Shown here: positions 22,639 through 32,368 of the stretch, in pieces
How positions within the stretch are numbered: the stretch's first letter is position 1
How the letters are laid out: each line of letters opens with the position of its first letter
Origin: a virus
Lineage: Duplodnaviria > Caudoviricetes
Virus record (IMG/VR): IMGVR_UViG_3300029305_002733
Coordinates: 1-64,000 of that record
DNA: 64,000 bases
Direction: 5' to 3' (one strand)
Made by a program: the position numbers and the translations under genes
Notes under the pieces: generated by a model
Database searches by the model: none
Told to the model about the DNA's origin: nothing
Seen by the model: only the letters and a program-made list of their open reading frames with translations

Positions 22639-24180
22639 TCAATCTTTTTCTTTCTGCTTTCGAATAATGTAACCAACATTAATCCATAAGTTGTAATTCA
22701 ATTCAATTTCGAAAGCCATAATCTTATCCTTATCGCCAGATCTATTTTTATCTGCTTTGATAGCAAAATACTGCTTATTATAATCCAAATCTTCTACAAC
22801 TGGGTCTCCCCATGATTCGTTTTCAAGTACAATCTGGTATTTATGATATTCATCCTTGGATATCTTCTTACCAAGTGTAAGAGCATCTGTTACATGCTTC
22901 ATACCTTTTGCACCGGCAATATTATTACTACTTAAACTAAAAACATCTGTGAACACAGTATCATCTGTTAACTGGAATACAATAAACCCTGACATTCCAA
23001 GTTCCTTTGTCAACTCCTTTAGTCTTGTTGCAGACTGTTTAATGGTACTCCATTCTTCAGAACGATATCCTTTTAAGGTATCATATCCGTAATAGATAAC
23101 ATTTGATGTGGCTCTGTATTTTCGAAGTTCAAACTCCAATCTACTGTCACTATAGTCGTCACCAACATCTTTAAACAGTAACTTGCCATTATCATGTTCA
23201 TCTATCCAATTACCAACTTTTACAACATCCCAATACTCATCAGAATTATCTTGAATTCGCTGTAAGAACTGGTCTTTAGTTTCAATATAATTACCTTCTT
23301 CGTCAATCTTTCTACGAATTAACTCTCCAGTCTTATCTCTGTATACGCCAAGAATAATTTCTTTTTCCGGTTTCATTAACGTGACACCATGTAACTCTTT
23401 GAACTCAGGATTATTTAATACTGTCGTAATAAGACAACTCCGAAGCTTTTTCTCACTCATTTCGTTACTCATTAACAAGAAGCTCTTGTTCTGTACTAAC
23501 GTTACATACGCCGCCAGCTTCATAAGTTTACGAGTTTTACCTTCGTTACTTAAAAACCCTTCGAGAATAATATCTTCTTGAGTTAACCCTAAGAACATCT
23601 CGTTGTATAAATACCAAGGAGTTAACAATCCCATTAAAGGTACATCAATATATGAATTGATTGCATCCGAATTGTTTTTTGTAAGTTCTACCGCTTCATC
23701 ACCTGCGTTAATAACAGTGTTAATCTTATCTGCTTTCACACGAATAATGCGATAAATATCATTTGCCGTTAATGAATCAAACTTCTTATGTTTCAGAATC
23801 TTGTCTACTGGGAATCCATTTCTTTCATACTCTCGTAACAAGGAATACTTTTTTATTAACTGAAAATAGTTCTCAACATCGCTTACATCTGCCAAGGAAA
23901 TAAATCGCTGGATGGTCTTCCATCCCTTATATTGCTTATATTCTTGCAAGCGTTCCTCATTCTGACTCATAAACACATTCATCTTCTTCTCATCAATTGT
24001 CTGAGAAAATGTGAGATAATATGTTTCTAAGCTGTCATACAAAAATCTTGTAACAGGGTCTGCAAAGTCATATTTGCTTCGCATGAAATTGCCATAACTG
24101 ATATACAAATCCGGTTCACTGTATAATGCACCAATAAAGCACATCTCGGCCTGTATATTATTTGTTTTAATATCTTCCAA
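22639..24180 (-). CDS. dnaB: replicative DnaB-like helicase (YorI-like)
   Basis: N-terminal AEMCFIGAL, variant Walker A GFLSNEGKTR, SNEM, YDTLK, FQL, KADKNRSG. Confidence 0.88.
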   Translation of the reverse strand: MEDIKTNNIQAEMCFIGALYSEPDLYISYGNFMRSKYDFADPVTRFLYDSLETYYLTFSQTIDEKKMNVFMSQNEERLQEYKQYKGWKTIQRFISLADVSDVENYFQLIKKYSLLREYERNGFPVDKILKHKKFDSLTANDIYRIIRVKADKINTVINAGDEAVELTKNNSDAINSYIDVPLMGLLTPWYLYNEMFLGLTQEDIILEGFLSNEGKTRKLMKLAAYVTLVQNKSFLLMSNEMSEKKLRSCLITTVLNNPEFKELHGVTLMKPEKEIILGVYRDKTGELIRRKIDEEGNYIETKDQFLQRIQDNSDEYWDVVKVGNWIDEHDNGKLLFKDVGDDYSDSRLEFELRKYRATSNVIYYGYDTLKGYRSEEWSTIKQSATRLKELTKELGMSGFIVFQLTDDTVFTDVFSLSSNNIAGAKGMKHVTDALTLGKKISKDEYHKYQIVLENESWGDPVVEDLDYNKQYFAIKADKNRSGDKDKIMAFEIELNYNLWINVGYIIRKQKEKD

Positions 24181-24192
24181 TCTGATTCACTC

Positions 24193-24882
24193 CTAGTCTT
24201 CAAATATGTCATCAACCAAATCAGACATATCATCATTCTTTTGTTGTAAGCTTCCCTCACTCGCTTTTACACTAATGACGCTTACGCTTATCTCGGTCTT
24301 TCTATCCTCGATGGCTTTTTTATTTTCTGCTTCAATAATTTTCTGCTTCTCAAGCCATTTTAAATAACTGTCATATTTGTTAACCAAGATTGTTAAATCA
24401 TAATTTAATCGTTGCTCTGCCGACATGGACTTTCCTCTAGTTCGATTCTTATCAGCAGTTGCATTCAACATATCAATTTTTCTTTCCCACATATCTAACA
24501 AATGATGTGGTGGAATACCCTCACTCATCCCTTTGAATGTACCGGCATAAATATTTCCTATTTTCTGCCACACTGTACTTGGAATAATTGTGATATCATA
24601 TTCAACTTTAATAAATTCAAAAATCTCTTCTTTAACAATTGCTGTGTTAAAATGTTCGAAACTTTCTTGCTTAAGTGAATCTAAATTGTTTAAGATTCTA
24701 GTCCATCGTTGAGCAATATCCTTTCGATTACCATTTATTCGCTTTTCACATAAGCTGATAAAGCAACTACTATGATAGGTTTTTTTATCATAGTAGATTG
24801 CATTATCAATATTTTTTTTACCTATGTAGAACTCATTCCCACAGCAACCACATTTTCTTTTAATCTGACTGCCATTCCTCAT
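24193..24882 (-). CDS. YorH-like replication protein with N-terminal Zn-finger
   Basis: CGCCG..YHSSC; position directly upstream of the helicase as in SPbeta. Confidence 0.6.
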   Translation of the reverse strand: MRNGSQIKRKCGCCGNEFYIGKKNIDNAIYYDKKTYHSSCFISLCEKRINGNRKDIAQRWTRILNNLDSLKQESFEHFNTAIVKEEIFEFIKVEYDITIIPSTVWQKIGNIYAGTFKGMSEGIPPHHLLDMWERKIDMLNATADKNRTRGKSMSAEQRLNYDLTILVNKYDSYLKWLEKQKIIEAENKKAIEDRKTEISVSVISVKASEGSLQQKNDDMSDLVDDIFED

Positions 24883-24897
24883 AGGTCACTCCTTATA

Positions 24898-26052
24898 TTA
24901 GGCGAACATATCTAATACTTGCTGAAGAATAGCTGCGTCAGTAACATTCTTGTAAGAGGTTGGTAAACCAGCGGATTCTAACTTTTCTTTCATATTCTTC
25001 TTATCAAGTGGAGATAAAGCGTTTCTCTTAGCTACAATTTCCTTCTTCATTTCCTCAATATCAGAAGTAGAATCAGTTGTTTCAGAAGATGTAGTAGTTG
25101 TTGTTTCAGACTTACCAAGAATTTCCTTGCTGTAAATATCCTGTTCAATATCTACTGCCTTAGTTAAGTCGTTCTTAACTACAAACTGCTTCTTGTCAGC
25201 AGTCTTATCAATTACTGCCTGCCAATCAACCAACGTTGGATCTTCGAGAATTACATTATCCTCATGTACATGGGTTCTGTCCTTTTCAACATGGCCACAT
25301 ACAATACCGTCTTCATTTCTAAACATACGGATAACAGTCTTTGCATTATAAGACATACCCTTGAAACCATCCGGCTGCTTTCTACCAGTTACAACACTTG
25401 TTGTACTTCCATCGGCCTGTTTAACAGATACTTTTTCATCTGTTTCTCTTGCTGTTGCAATGTAATGAACACCAGATGCCATAAGGTCAAGAATTAAATC
25501 CTGTCCCTTAAAGTTGATTACCTGATAGTCCTTAAGCTCTAATCCGGAGCCTTCAACCTTTACTAATCTTGCTTCACCAACAAGACCATCCTTATCTGCC
25601 TTAACCTTGTTTCTCTTCTTAGAGAACTCGATTAATCCCTGCTTAGTTGTCAGATTTAAAATACTTGTACCATCTACAACAATTGCATCTGCTCTAAATG
25701 GTTCGCCGTCTGCATCTAACACAACATCTGTTGTTTCTTCACCATCTTCATCGAGTTCATAAAAATCTTCGTTATTCTTAACCTTTGCAATATACTGTCT
25801 TACTTCACCGAGAGACTGTGTATAAACAATATAAATATTATTAAGATCAACTCCATTTGCTTCTAACTCTGGAAGATAATCATCAATGGAACCAGTTTCT
25901 GGGTCAATATATAATACTCTGAATGGCTTACCATCCGGTCTCTTAAAGTACGCCAACTGCATAGCCATAGTAGACTTACCAGTAAACTGTTCGCCATATA
26001 AAATCATTCCTAATTTACTCTGTGTAACTGAGGCTCTTCTTGCCTTTGCCAT
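24898..26052 (-). CDS. AAA_24/Sak4-like P-loop ATPase (YorG-like)
   Basis: YGEQFTGKST Walker A, IDPETG, IVVDG. Confidence 0.82.
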   Translation of the reverse strand: MAKARRASVTQSKLGMILYGEQFTGKSTMAMQLAYFKRPDGKPFRVLYIDPETGSIDDYLPELEANGVDLNNIYIVYTQSLGEVRQYIAKVKNNEDFYELDEDGEETTDVVLDADGEPFRADAIVVDGTSILNLTTKQGLIEFSKKRNKVKADKDGLVGEARLVKVEGSGLELKDYQVINFKGQDLILDLMASGVHYIATARETDEKVSVKQADGSTTSVVTGRKQPDGFKGMSYNAKTVIRMFRNEDGIVCGHVEKDRTHVHEDNVILEDPTLVDWQAVIDKTADKKQFVVKNDLTKAVDIEQDIYSKEILGKSETTTTTSSETTDSTSDIEEMKKEIVAKRNALSPLDKKNMKEKLESAGLPTSYKNVTDAAILQQVLDMFA

Positions 26053-26077
26053 AATCTATTCCTCCGTCTCTATTGAA

Positions 26078-27154
26078 TTAATCCCATGCTTCATCGTCAT
26101 CATCGTCGCCAGAAAGATCTGCATCGCCCCAACCACTGTCAGAGTCATTACCAAAATCATTTTCTGCCTTATTAGCCTTTGCAATCTGCATAAGAGCTGT
26201 TTCAATCTTTTCTTCTGTATAAACTTCCTTGTCAATAGAAGAACCTTTGGCTCCTGTGATGATAAACTCACGCTTTACTGGTGCAGATACTCTTTCCATA
26301 GCATCTTCTTCACCCCAGTTATCATCATCGTCACTTGCTACAGTTTCAACCTGTGCGGAAGATACCATGTGACCATTAACCTTGATTGCATAATATGGCT
26401 TTAAGGACTTCTTAAACTTTGTTGCTAAATCCTTATTTTCAATAATGAATTCAACATCTTCAATTGTGCTATAAGTTACAATCTTTGCGGCAACAATGAA
26501 TCTACCAGTTGGCTTATCATCAACCCTTTCCTGGTCAATGCCCATAAAGATGATTACCTGATTAAAATCATTCTGCTGAGTAAACTTTTCATCATCAAAC
26601 TCAACGTCTGCACAAAGAGATACCTGATTAGGAATTAACTTTGTAGATGTTCTCTTATTACCCTTATCATCTGCAAAACTACTGTAATCAAGAGTTCCCT
26701 TGATAAATACGCTTGCTCCATCCTTTAAGTTATCCTTAATTTCCTTACAAGCATCAAAGTCAGTTAATACCTTCTTATCGTTTACTGCCTTACCGGTTTC
26801 ATCAATCTTCTTCTTAACACCGATGTTCTTACCAATAAGTCTGAAGCCTTCACGATTGTATGTGAATCTGTCAGCCCAAGGAACCTTAACTGTCTCACCC
26901 TTCTGTCCTTTTTCTTCTGCTCTCTTAGAGAAGTAAACACTTTCCTGTTCCATGCCCTGAAGATTTGCATAAAGAGTACCAGTACCATCGTAACAAACGC
27001 CAAAGTTTAAAATTCTCATGTCCTTGTTACTCTTAGTCTTAATTTCCTTAAGCGCACCTTCCTTTTCCATGCCACTTACGACACCCTTTAACTGGAAAGA
27101 ACCCTTTGTTTCTGGTAAATCAAATAATCTACCCTTCTTCTTTGTTTCTGCCAT
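26078..27154 (-). CDS. YorF-like protein, probable ssDNA-binding protein
   Basis: Acidic C-terminal tail (DDDDDEAWD); first gene of the replication block. Confidence 0.6.
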   Translation of the reverse strand: MAETKKKGRLFDLPETKGSFQLKGVVSGMEKEGALKEIKTKSNKDMRILNFGVCYDGTGTLYANLQGMEQESVYFSKRAEEKGQKGETVKVPWADRFTYNREGFRLIGKNIGVKKKIDETGKAVNDKKVLTDFDACKEIKDNLKDGASVFIKGTLDYSSFADDKGNKRTSTKLIPNQVSLCADVEFDDEKFTQQNDFNQVIIFMGIDQERVDDKPTGRFIVAAKIVTYSTIEDVEFIIENKDLATKFKKSLKPYYAIKVNGHMVSSAQVETVASDDDDNWGEEDAMERVSAPVKREFIITGAKGSSIDKEVYTEEKIETALMQIAKANKAENDFGNDSDSGWGDADLSGDDDDDEAWD

Positions 27155-27229
27155 TTTATATATTCCTTTCTTTTAATAAAATATTGTTTTCATTTAATTA
27201 TGCGTAGTTTGAATAATTAAAAAAATTAT

Positions 27230-27433
27230 TTACTCATAATATCTTGGATCAAAATTTACATTCTGTTCCGCTTCATACTTGACTGGCTGCCAACAACCAC
27301 AATTTGGACACTGTGCTAACTTTGTTGGCGTGTATCCCTGATAATCCCATTTACATTCTTCGTTGAAGTATACAAAATTCACTCTGCAACGAAGACACTG
27401 ACGGTTATGTTTCTTGTTCTCTTCCATCCACAC
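27230..27433 (-). CDS. small Zn-finger hypothetical protein
   Basis: CLRC..CPNCG. Confidence 0.6.
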   Translation of the reverse strand: MWMEENKKHNRQCLRCRVNFVYFNEECKWDYQGYTPTKLAQCPNCGCWQPVKYEAEQNVNFDPRYYE

Positions 27434-27471
27434 TTGTCACTCCTTTCTGCCACGATGCCACACTTATTAGT

Positions 27472-28677
27472 CTAGGAGTGCTTTAAAAGATACTGGCGAG
27501 AAACGTTTTTGAAACTTTGAGTTCCATCCTTGGAACGAAATACAAAACCTTCTCTTGGAACATCTGTTATAGCTGAAAGTCCGTCCGCCATCATTTTTAA
27601 AGTTTCCATGTCTTTTGGTAAATAAAAGTTTGTATCAATAATTGCCACAAATGGGATATCATACTTAGCTAAAATAGCTCTTGCTTCCGTTGATCCTAAT
27701 CTCTGACCATTGATAATTAAGTTAAATGCTGCAAAACGTCTTTCATTTAACTTATAAGGATTACCCTGTAAAGATTCGCCGTAAGTCTCGCCTTGTAATA
27801 CTACTCTGTCTGCATTATGTGTCTTTGCAATATCTTGCAGAGCCGTTTCAATATTGTACTTGCCAGCCATCTCCCAGTACACATTGCCACAGGTATGATA
27901 ACACTCTTGGTCTACATCCAACTGTCTCACATTTCGTGAACAAACAATGAATTCTCCCTTTTTCGTTTTTGTAAAATCAAGAGCATATGTACTTGATGTA
28001 CCATCCACCTTTTCAGTGACAATCCATGGTTCTGTACTTTCCAGATACCAAGGAGCATTTTCAATCCGAGTTTCGTCTGTTTTGACAATCCAATCCGGAA
28101 ATGCCTTTGGCTTATCTTTCTTTCTACCAAAGAAAAAGAATAATAATTTTCTTCCCCATGGTCGTTTCATTAACCATCTAAATGGTTTCTTCTTAAATAA
28201 ATTCTTGTGTCTTGCTGCCATAGAATTATACTTCGCATTAGGATCTCCGTTATTAGATTTACGGATATTATCCTCTGCCACATAGTAAGTGACACCAAGT
28301 AAATCAGTTACATCTGTGCCAATTTCCCATTCCTTACTTTGAAGTTCCGGAATAACTGATACCGGCAATGCTAATCCCTGGCTGATGCAATTAAATTTTC
28401 CTAGCTTCATTGTTTTTACCTTGAAGCTCTTTGGTCTCATAAATTCTGACCATTCTTTTTCAGGCAGCTTTGAATCAATTTCGAAATAAACTGCGGGTTC
28501 TCCTACTTTAAACTCACCTTTCTTGGCAATACACACCCAACCAAGAACTCCTATGAGTTCAATATTATCCGCGCCTTCAATCGGCTTGATCCAAGCTATC
28601 TGTTCAATGTGAGCTAATGCTCTTTCGCTTGTCCCTCGGACGGTGTTTTGTGTAACTTTATTTTCTTTCTTCATCAT
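27472..28677 (-). CDS. RNA ligase, Rnl2/DRB0094 family
   Basis: N-terminal IEGADNIEL..GWVCIAKKGEFKVG..VYFEIDS domain; motif I TEKVDG; VLQGETYG; motif IV REGFVFR. Confidence 0.9.
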   Translation of the reverse strand: MMKKENKVTQNTVRGTSERALAHIEQIAWIKPIEGADNIELIGVLGWVCIAKKGEFKVGEPAVYFEIDSKLPEKEWSEFMRPKSFKVKTMKLGKFNCISQGLALPVSVIPELQSKEWEIGTDVTDLLGVTYYVAEDNIRKSNNGDPNAKYNSMAARHKNLFKKKPFRWLMKRPWGRKLLFFFFGRKKDKPKAFPDWIVKTDETRIENAPWYLESTEPWIVTEKVDGTSSTYALDFTKTKKGEFIVCSRNVRQLDVDQECYHTCGNVYWEMAGKYNIETALQDIAKTHNADRVVLQGETYGESLQGNPYKLNERRFAAFNLIINGQRLGSTEARAILAKYDIPFVAIIDTNFYLPKDMETLKMMADGLSAITDVPREGFVFRSKDGTQSFKNVSRQYLLKHS

Positions 28678-28721
28678 AATTTTTTATAAGAAGTCATGCA
28701 CTGCGCATATGCACGACTTAA

Positions 28722-28790
28722 TTGGCATGCATGAGACTCGAACTCACATTTCCGATATCATAGTTACTCCATTCACTACTACCATGCCAA
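28722..28790 (-). ncRNA. tRNA-like element with acceptor stem, D and T arms but no proper anticodon arm
   Basis: TTGGCATG/CATGCCAA terminal stem, GTGAG-TTCGAGT-CTCAT T arm, TGG in the D loop; only ~14 nt where ~22 nt (anticodon plus variable region) are expected. Confidence 0.6.
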
Positions 28791-28813
28791 GAGAACTCAA
28801 TCAAAATTCTCTT

Positions 28814-30499
28814 TTATTTTCTAAATGTAAACTGATTTGTCAGTTCACTTAAAGATACAGATTGTGCTGATAACTCTTCACTTACTGCGGAAGTTTCCTC
28901 TGCTGTAGCAGAATTGCTCTCTACTACTGCTGAAATCTGTTCAACATTTGTTTCAATTTCTTTAATCATATCTGTCTGCGTCATAAATGCTTTCGCCATA
29001 TTACTAGCAGTTACTTCAAAATGTTCCATGTCTGCAATGGTCTGTTCCATAATCTTAGTTGTATTCTCTACAATCTTATTACCATTCTGAATTTCCTGAA
29101 GCGACTTATTGATTAAGTCTTTTGTCTTTACTGCTGACTTTGCACTATCTGCGGCAAGCTTACCAATCTGATCAGCTACAACAGCAAATCCACGTCCAGC
29201 TTCACCAGCTCTTGCTGCTTCAATCGAAGCGTTTAAGGATAAGAGGTTCGTCTGAGAAGCAATGTCTTCAATGTCTGCGATAATATCTTCAATTTCTTTA
29301 GAAGTATCAGTAATTCGTGTCATCGCATTAGTTAACTCAGATGCTTCAACCTTACCTTGTTCTGCCGCAAGTACCGCTGTCTTTACATTATTAACTGTAT
29401 CTGTTGCTCTGTTTGTACTTTCTACAGAAATATTTGTAATATTTTCAATCGTTGTAGATAAGCCCTTAATGGCATTTGCCTGCTCAGTAGCACCTTCAGC
29501 AATTTCTTGTGCTCCATGTGCCAACTGCTCTGCACCGGTAGATACCTGATGCACTACCCGATTAATATTATTTAATGTCTCACTCTGATTTTCTGCCGTT
29601 ACTTTTACATCATTGATAATCTTCTTAAATGCACCAACATATAATGCTTCATTCTTAGAATTTACATTAAAGTTGCCATTCTTCAATTCATCAAGAACAT
29701 AAGATAAATCAACAATAATTGCCTTTAACATATCACATGTTCTTCGGAAAGAATTTGCTAAATCTCCAAGTTCGTCAACAGCTTCGTATTTAATCTCAAC
29801 ATCTAAGTTGCCTAATGTTAATTGTTCTGCAACACCTTTAATCTCTTCTACTGGATTTTTTACCATTTCAATTAAGATGTTCACAGCTCTAACAGTAATA
29901 ATGATACAGGAAATCAACATGGCAAATAAGAATAACGTACTTGCAATAGTTGTATTACGTGCCATTCTATATTCGTTTGCCGCATCTGCTTCTGCTTCAT
30001 GGCCAATATCATCTAATAATGTTTGTAATTCATTAACAACGACTTCATAATCACCTACATATAACATAATTCCGCCAACTTTATCACCGGCATCTACATA
30101 ATTAATAATTTGTTGATGCATAGTTAAGAAGCTTTCCCATAATTTATCAAGCTCTTTAAGCTGACTTTTGTTATGATATTTTTCATTTAACTTCACAATA
30201 TTCTCTTCGATGTTTTCAATTGCTGTCGCAACCATTCTCATATGTTCTTCAATCTGAACTGGGTCACTTACAGATACCGCCCATAACATATGCTTACCTG
30301 CGTACTGTAAGTCTTTTCTCATTTCCAACTGAATAACCGAACTGGTATACGATTCGTTGTAGAATGTTTTAAATTGTTTTGCTGAAATTGTAGAACCTAA
30401 AACATTCATAAAAAGAGCAAAAGTAAATACGAAAATAATAATGTTCATTACTGTTTTAATTTTCTTACCAACCGTTAGCTTTTGTAAATGCTTTTTCAT
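28814..30499 (-). CDS. methyl-accepting chemotaxis protein with 4-helix-bundle sensor and HAMP domain
   Basis: Two TMs, HAMP ([24 protein letters not shown]), [27 protein letters not shown]. Confidence 0.93.
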   Translation of the reverse strand: MKKHLQKLTVGKKIKTVMNIIIFVFTFALFMNVLGSTISAKQFKTFYNESYTSSVIQLEMRKDLQYAGKHMLWAVSVSDPVQIEEHMRMVATAIENIEENIVKLNEKYHNKSQLKELDKLWESFLTMHQQIINYVDAGDKVGGIMLYVGDYEVVVNELQTLLDDIGHEAEADAANEYRMARNTTIASTLFLFAMLISCIIITVRAVNILIEMVKNPVEEIKGVAEQLTLGNLDVEIKYEAVDELGDLANSFRRTCDMLKAIIVDLSYVLDELKNGNFNVNSKNEALYVGAFKKIINDVKVTAENQSETLNNINRVVHQVSTGAEQLAHGAQEIAEGATEQANAIKGLSTTIENITNISVESTNRATDTVNNVKTAVLAAEQGKVEASELTNAMTRITDTSKEIEDIIADIEDIASQTNLLSLNASIEAARAGEAGRGFAVVADQIGKLAADSAKSAVKTKDLINKSLQEIQNGNKIVENTTKIMEQTIADMEHFEVTASNMAKAFMTQTDMIKEIETNVEQISAVVESNSATAEETSAVSEELSAQSVSLSELTNQFTFRK

Positions 30500-30517
30500 T
30501 TGTATTTTTCCTTTCTT

Positions 30518-30720
30518 TAGTATGAAATTATTTGATACCGTTACTGAAAACTTATAAAAAATTATAAACTTTTATGTTTCATTCCTACTTCAATGTGTAT
30601 GCTTTCGACGATATAAATATCAGTCTACTCACAAGTTCTTGTACACTCCATAGGCGTAAATTCCTGGCTAACGCATCAGTACATATCTGCATTAACTTGA
30701 AAGTGTTATGCTACAGATTT
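30518..30720 (-). ncRNA. predicted TnpB omegaRNA/right end (scaffold ending ...AGTTTTCAGTAACGG at 30538; putative guide TATCAAATAATTTCATACTA)
   Basis: Directly 3' of tnpB; ends in AACGG, resembling IS607-type right ends as recalled; TTATAA repeats near the end. Confidence 0.6.
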
Positions 30721-31887
30721 TTCTAAAAACATTTCTCCATATCTTTTCAGATTTAAACTTGCTTGATAATCTCTGTCAATTACGTTGCCACATTCACACT
30801 TGTAAATGCGGTCACTAAGTTTTAAATCCTTTTTGATATTTCCACAACAACTACACAATTTAGAACTTGGAAAGAATCTATCTGCAATAATTACAGGAAT
30901 ATTATTCCATGCAGATTTATATTCAATTTGTCTCCTAAATTCTCCAAAACACTGTTGTTGTACTGCCTTAGATAAATGTTTATTCTTCATCATCCCTTTG
31001 ACATTCAAATCTTCTAACACTATATAAGATGGTTTGGTTTTCACTATCTCAGTAGTTGTTTGATGTAAATGATTCTGACGAATATTCGTTAGTCTGTGAT
31101 TTAATTTTAAAAGTTCTTTTTCTCTTTTTATAATGTTACTTGTTTTGCAGTAACCTCCTCCTTTCTTATTCTTTTCATATCTTCTTGATATGGAACGCTG
31201 TAACCTGCGTTTTCTTTTTTCTAATTTCTTTACTTTTTGAGTTTTATTGATATTTTTATAAGTTATTTTGTCTGAGCATATTGCTAAATCTTTAATTCCT
31301 AAATCAATTCCAATACCATCATTAGATGGGCGAGAAGCAGAGTCTTCATACTCAATACCAACTGTAATCCACCAATTAATTCCATCATACTTAATACGAG
31401 GATTCATGTATTTTGCATTTGCACTTGGTATACGACCATGTTCAGCAAGTTTAATCCAATTCAATTTTTGCTTATTCTTTTTCTTAGAAGTAGCAAATCC
31501 TTCAACTTTTACATGTGTATCTGTAAATTGTATTTTTACATTGTCTTGATAGAATTTTGGTACTGAATGTTTTCTACTTTTGAATCGTGGAAACTTTGTA
31601 TATCCTTTGAAGAAATCTCTATATGCTTCGCAAGCGTCTTTTATAGCTTGTTTTGTTACATTATTTGAAATGTTATTTAACCATGCATAGCCAGATGTTT
31701 TCTTTAACTGCGTAAACTCTTTTCTTAAATCTCCATCAGATATAAATTTTCCACCATTTTTGTAATTTTCTTGTTCTCTTGCTAATGCCCAGTTATAAGC
31801 AAATCTTGCAGTATTAGCATATTGAAATAGTTTAGTTTTTTGTTTGTTATTTGGTAATAGCATTACTCTTATTGTTTTTATCATCAT
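30706..31887 (-). mobile_element. tnpB: solo TnpB RNA-guided endonuclease (IS200/IS605/IS607 superfamily), no tnpA
   Basis: HTH N-terminus, GIDLG (RuvC I), LEDL (RuvC II), CSCCG..CECG Zn finger, DRD (RuvC III); start placed at ATG 31887 after GAGGTG SD. Confidence 0.92.
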
Positions 31888-31917
31888 CTTCACCACCTCT
31901 CATCCTTTTATGAGAAA

Positions 31918-31988
31918 TCACCCAGGGCGAAGTCGAATCGCCATCTCCTCCCGTGTGGAGGTATTCTACCAATTATTACTACCGGGCA
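31918..31988 (-). tRNA. degenerate tRNA-Val(CAC)-like element with shortened anticodon loop
   Basis: GGCGA-TTCGACT-TCGCC T arm, TGGTAGA D loop, CCTCC/GGAGG stem with a 5-nt loop ACACG; wobble-rich acceptor stem. Confidence 0.55.
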
Positions 31989-32029
31989 ACCTTTGCTAAA
32001 AATGAAATACCTTGTTCAGTTAACAATTT

Positions 32030-32368
32030 CTTATTTGATGGTTTAACGTTTCACCAACAACGGACGCTCACCCTACTGCTCACAGGGAACAGTTTTATCA
32101 TACCACTGACAAGATAATATTGAAAAAATACACGCGTGACCTATGTATTCGCGACTACATAGGATTATACTTCCCACGTTTTACGTCCCGTTAAAGTATT
32201 AAACGCCAGACGTTTCTTCCTTTCTCCCTTTCGGCAAAAGAAGATAATGCTCCAAACGCTTAGTCGTTACCTCCGTTGTTCACCTCCATCCACGGTAGGG
32301 GTATGTTCTTTTTGAACTTGCCTCAAAAGTCAGACTATACATTAGTCAATTTTGGCTTCATCAGCCAA
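32030..32368 (-). ncRNA. candidate ~340-nt structured non-coding RNA between tRNA genes
   Basis: GC-richer, no convincing ORF; hairpins TTGGC/GCCAA, GACTA/TAGTC, CC-GAAA-GG, CCTATGTA/TACATAGG; long-range AACAACGGA/TCCGTTGTT. Confidence 0.5.

Noticed and set aside
14186-24180. Inteins or introns in dnaE, dnaB or recD2
   Set aside because: ORFs are continuous and of expected length, with no C/S..HN splice motifs or LAGLIDADG insert seen.
30518-30537. 7-6-7 site at the TnpB right junction (TATCAAA-TAA-TTTCATA)
   Set aside because: The spacer is 3 nt rather than 6; not counted.
32030-32368. Group I intron, hammerhead or pistol ribozyme assignment for the ncRNA candidate
   Set aside because: GACTA/TAGTC, CTGATGA and CTAAGCGTT words occur, but order, spacing and partner elements do not fit, and no gene is interrupted.
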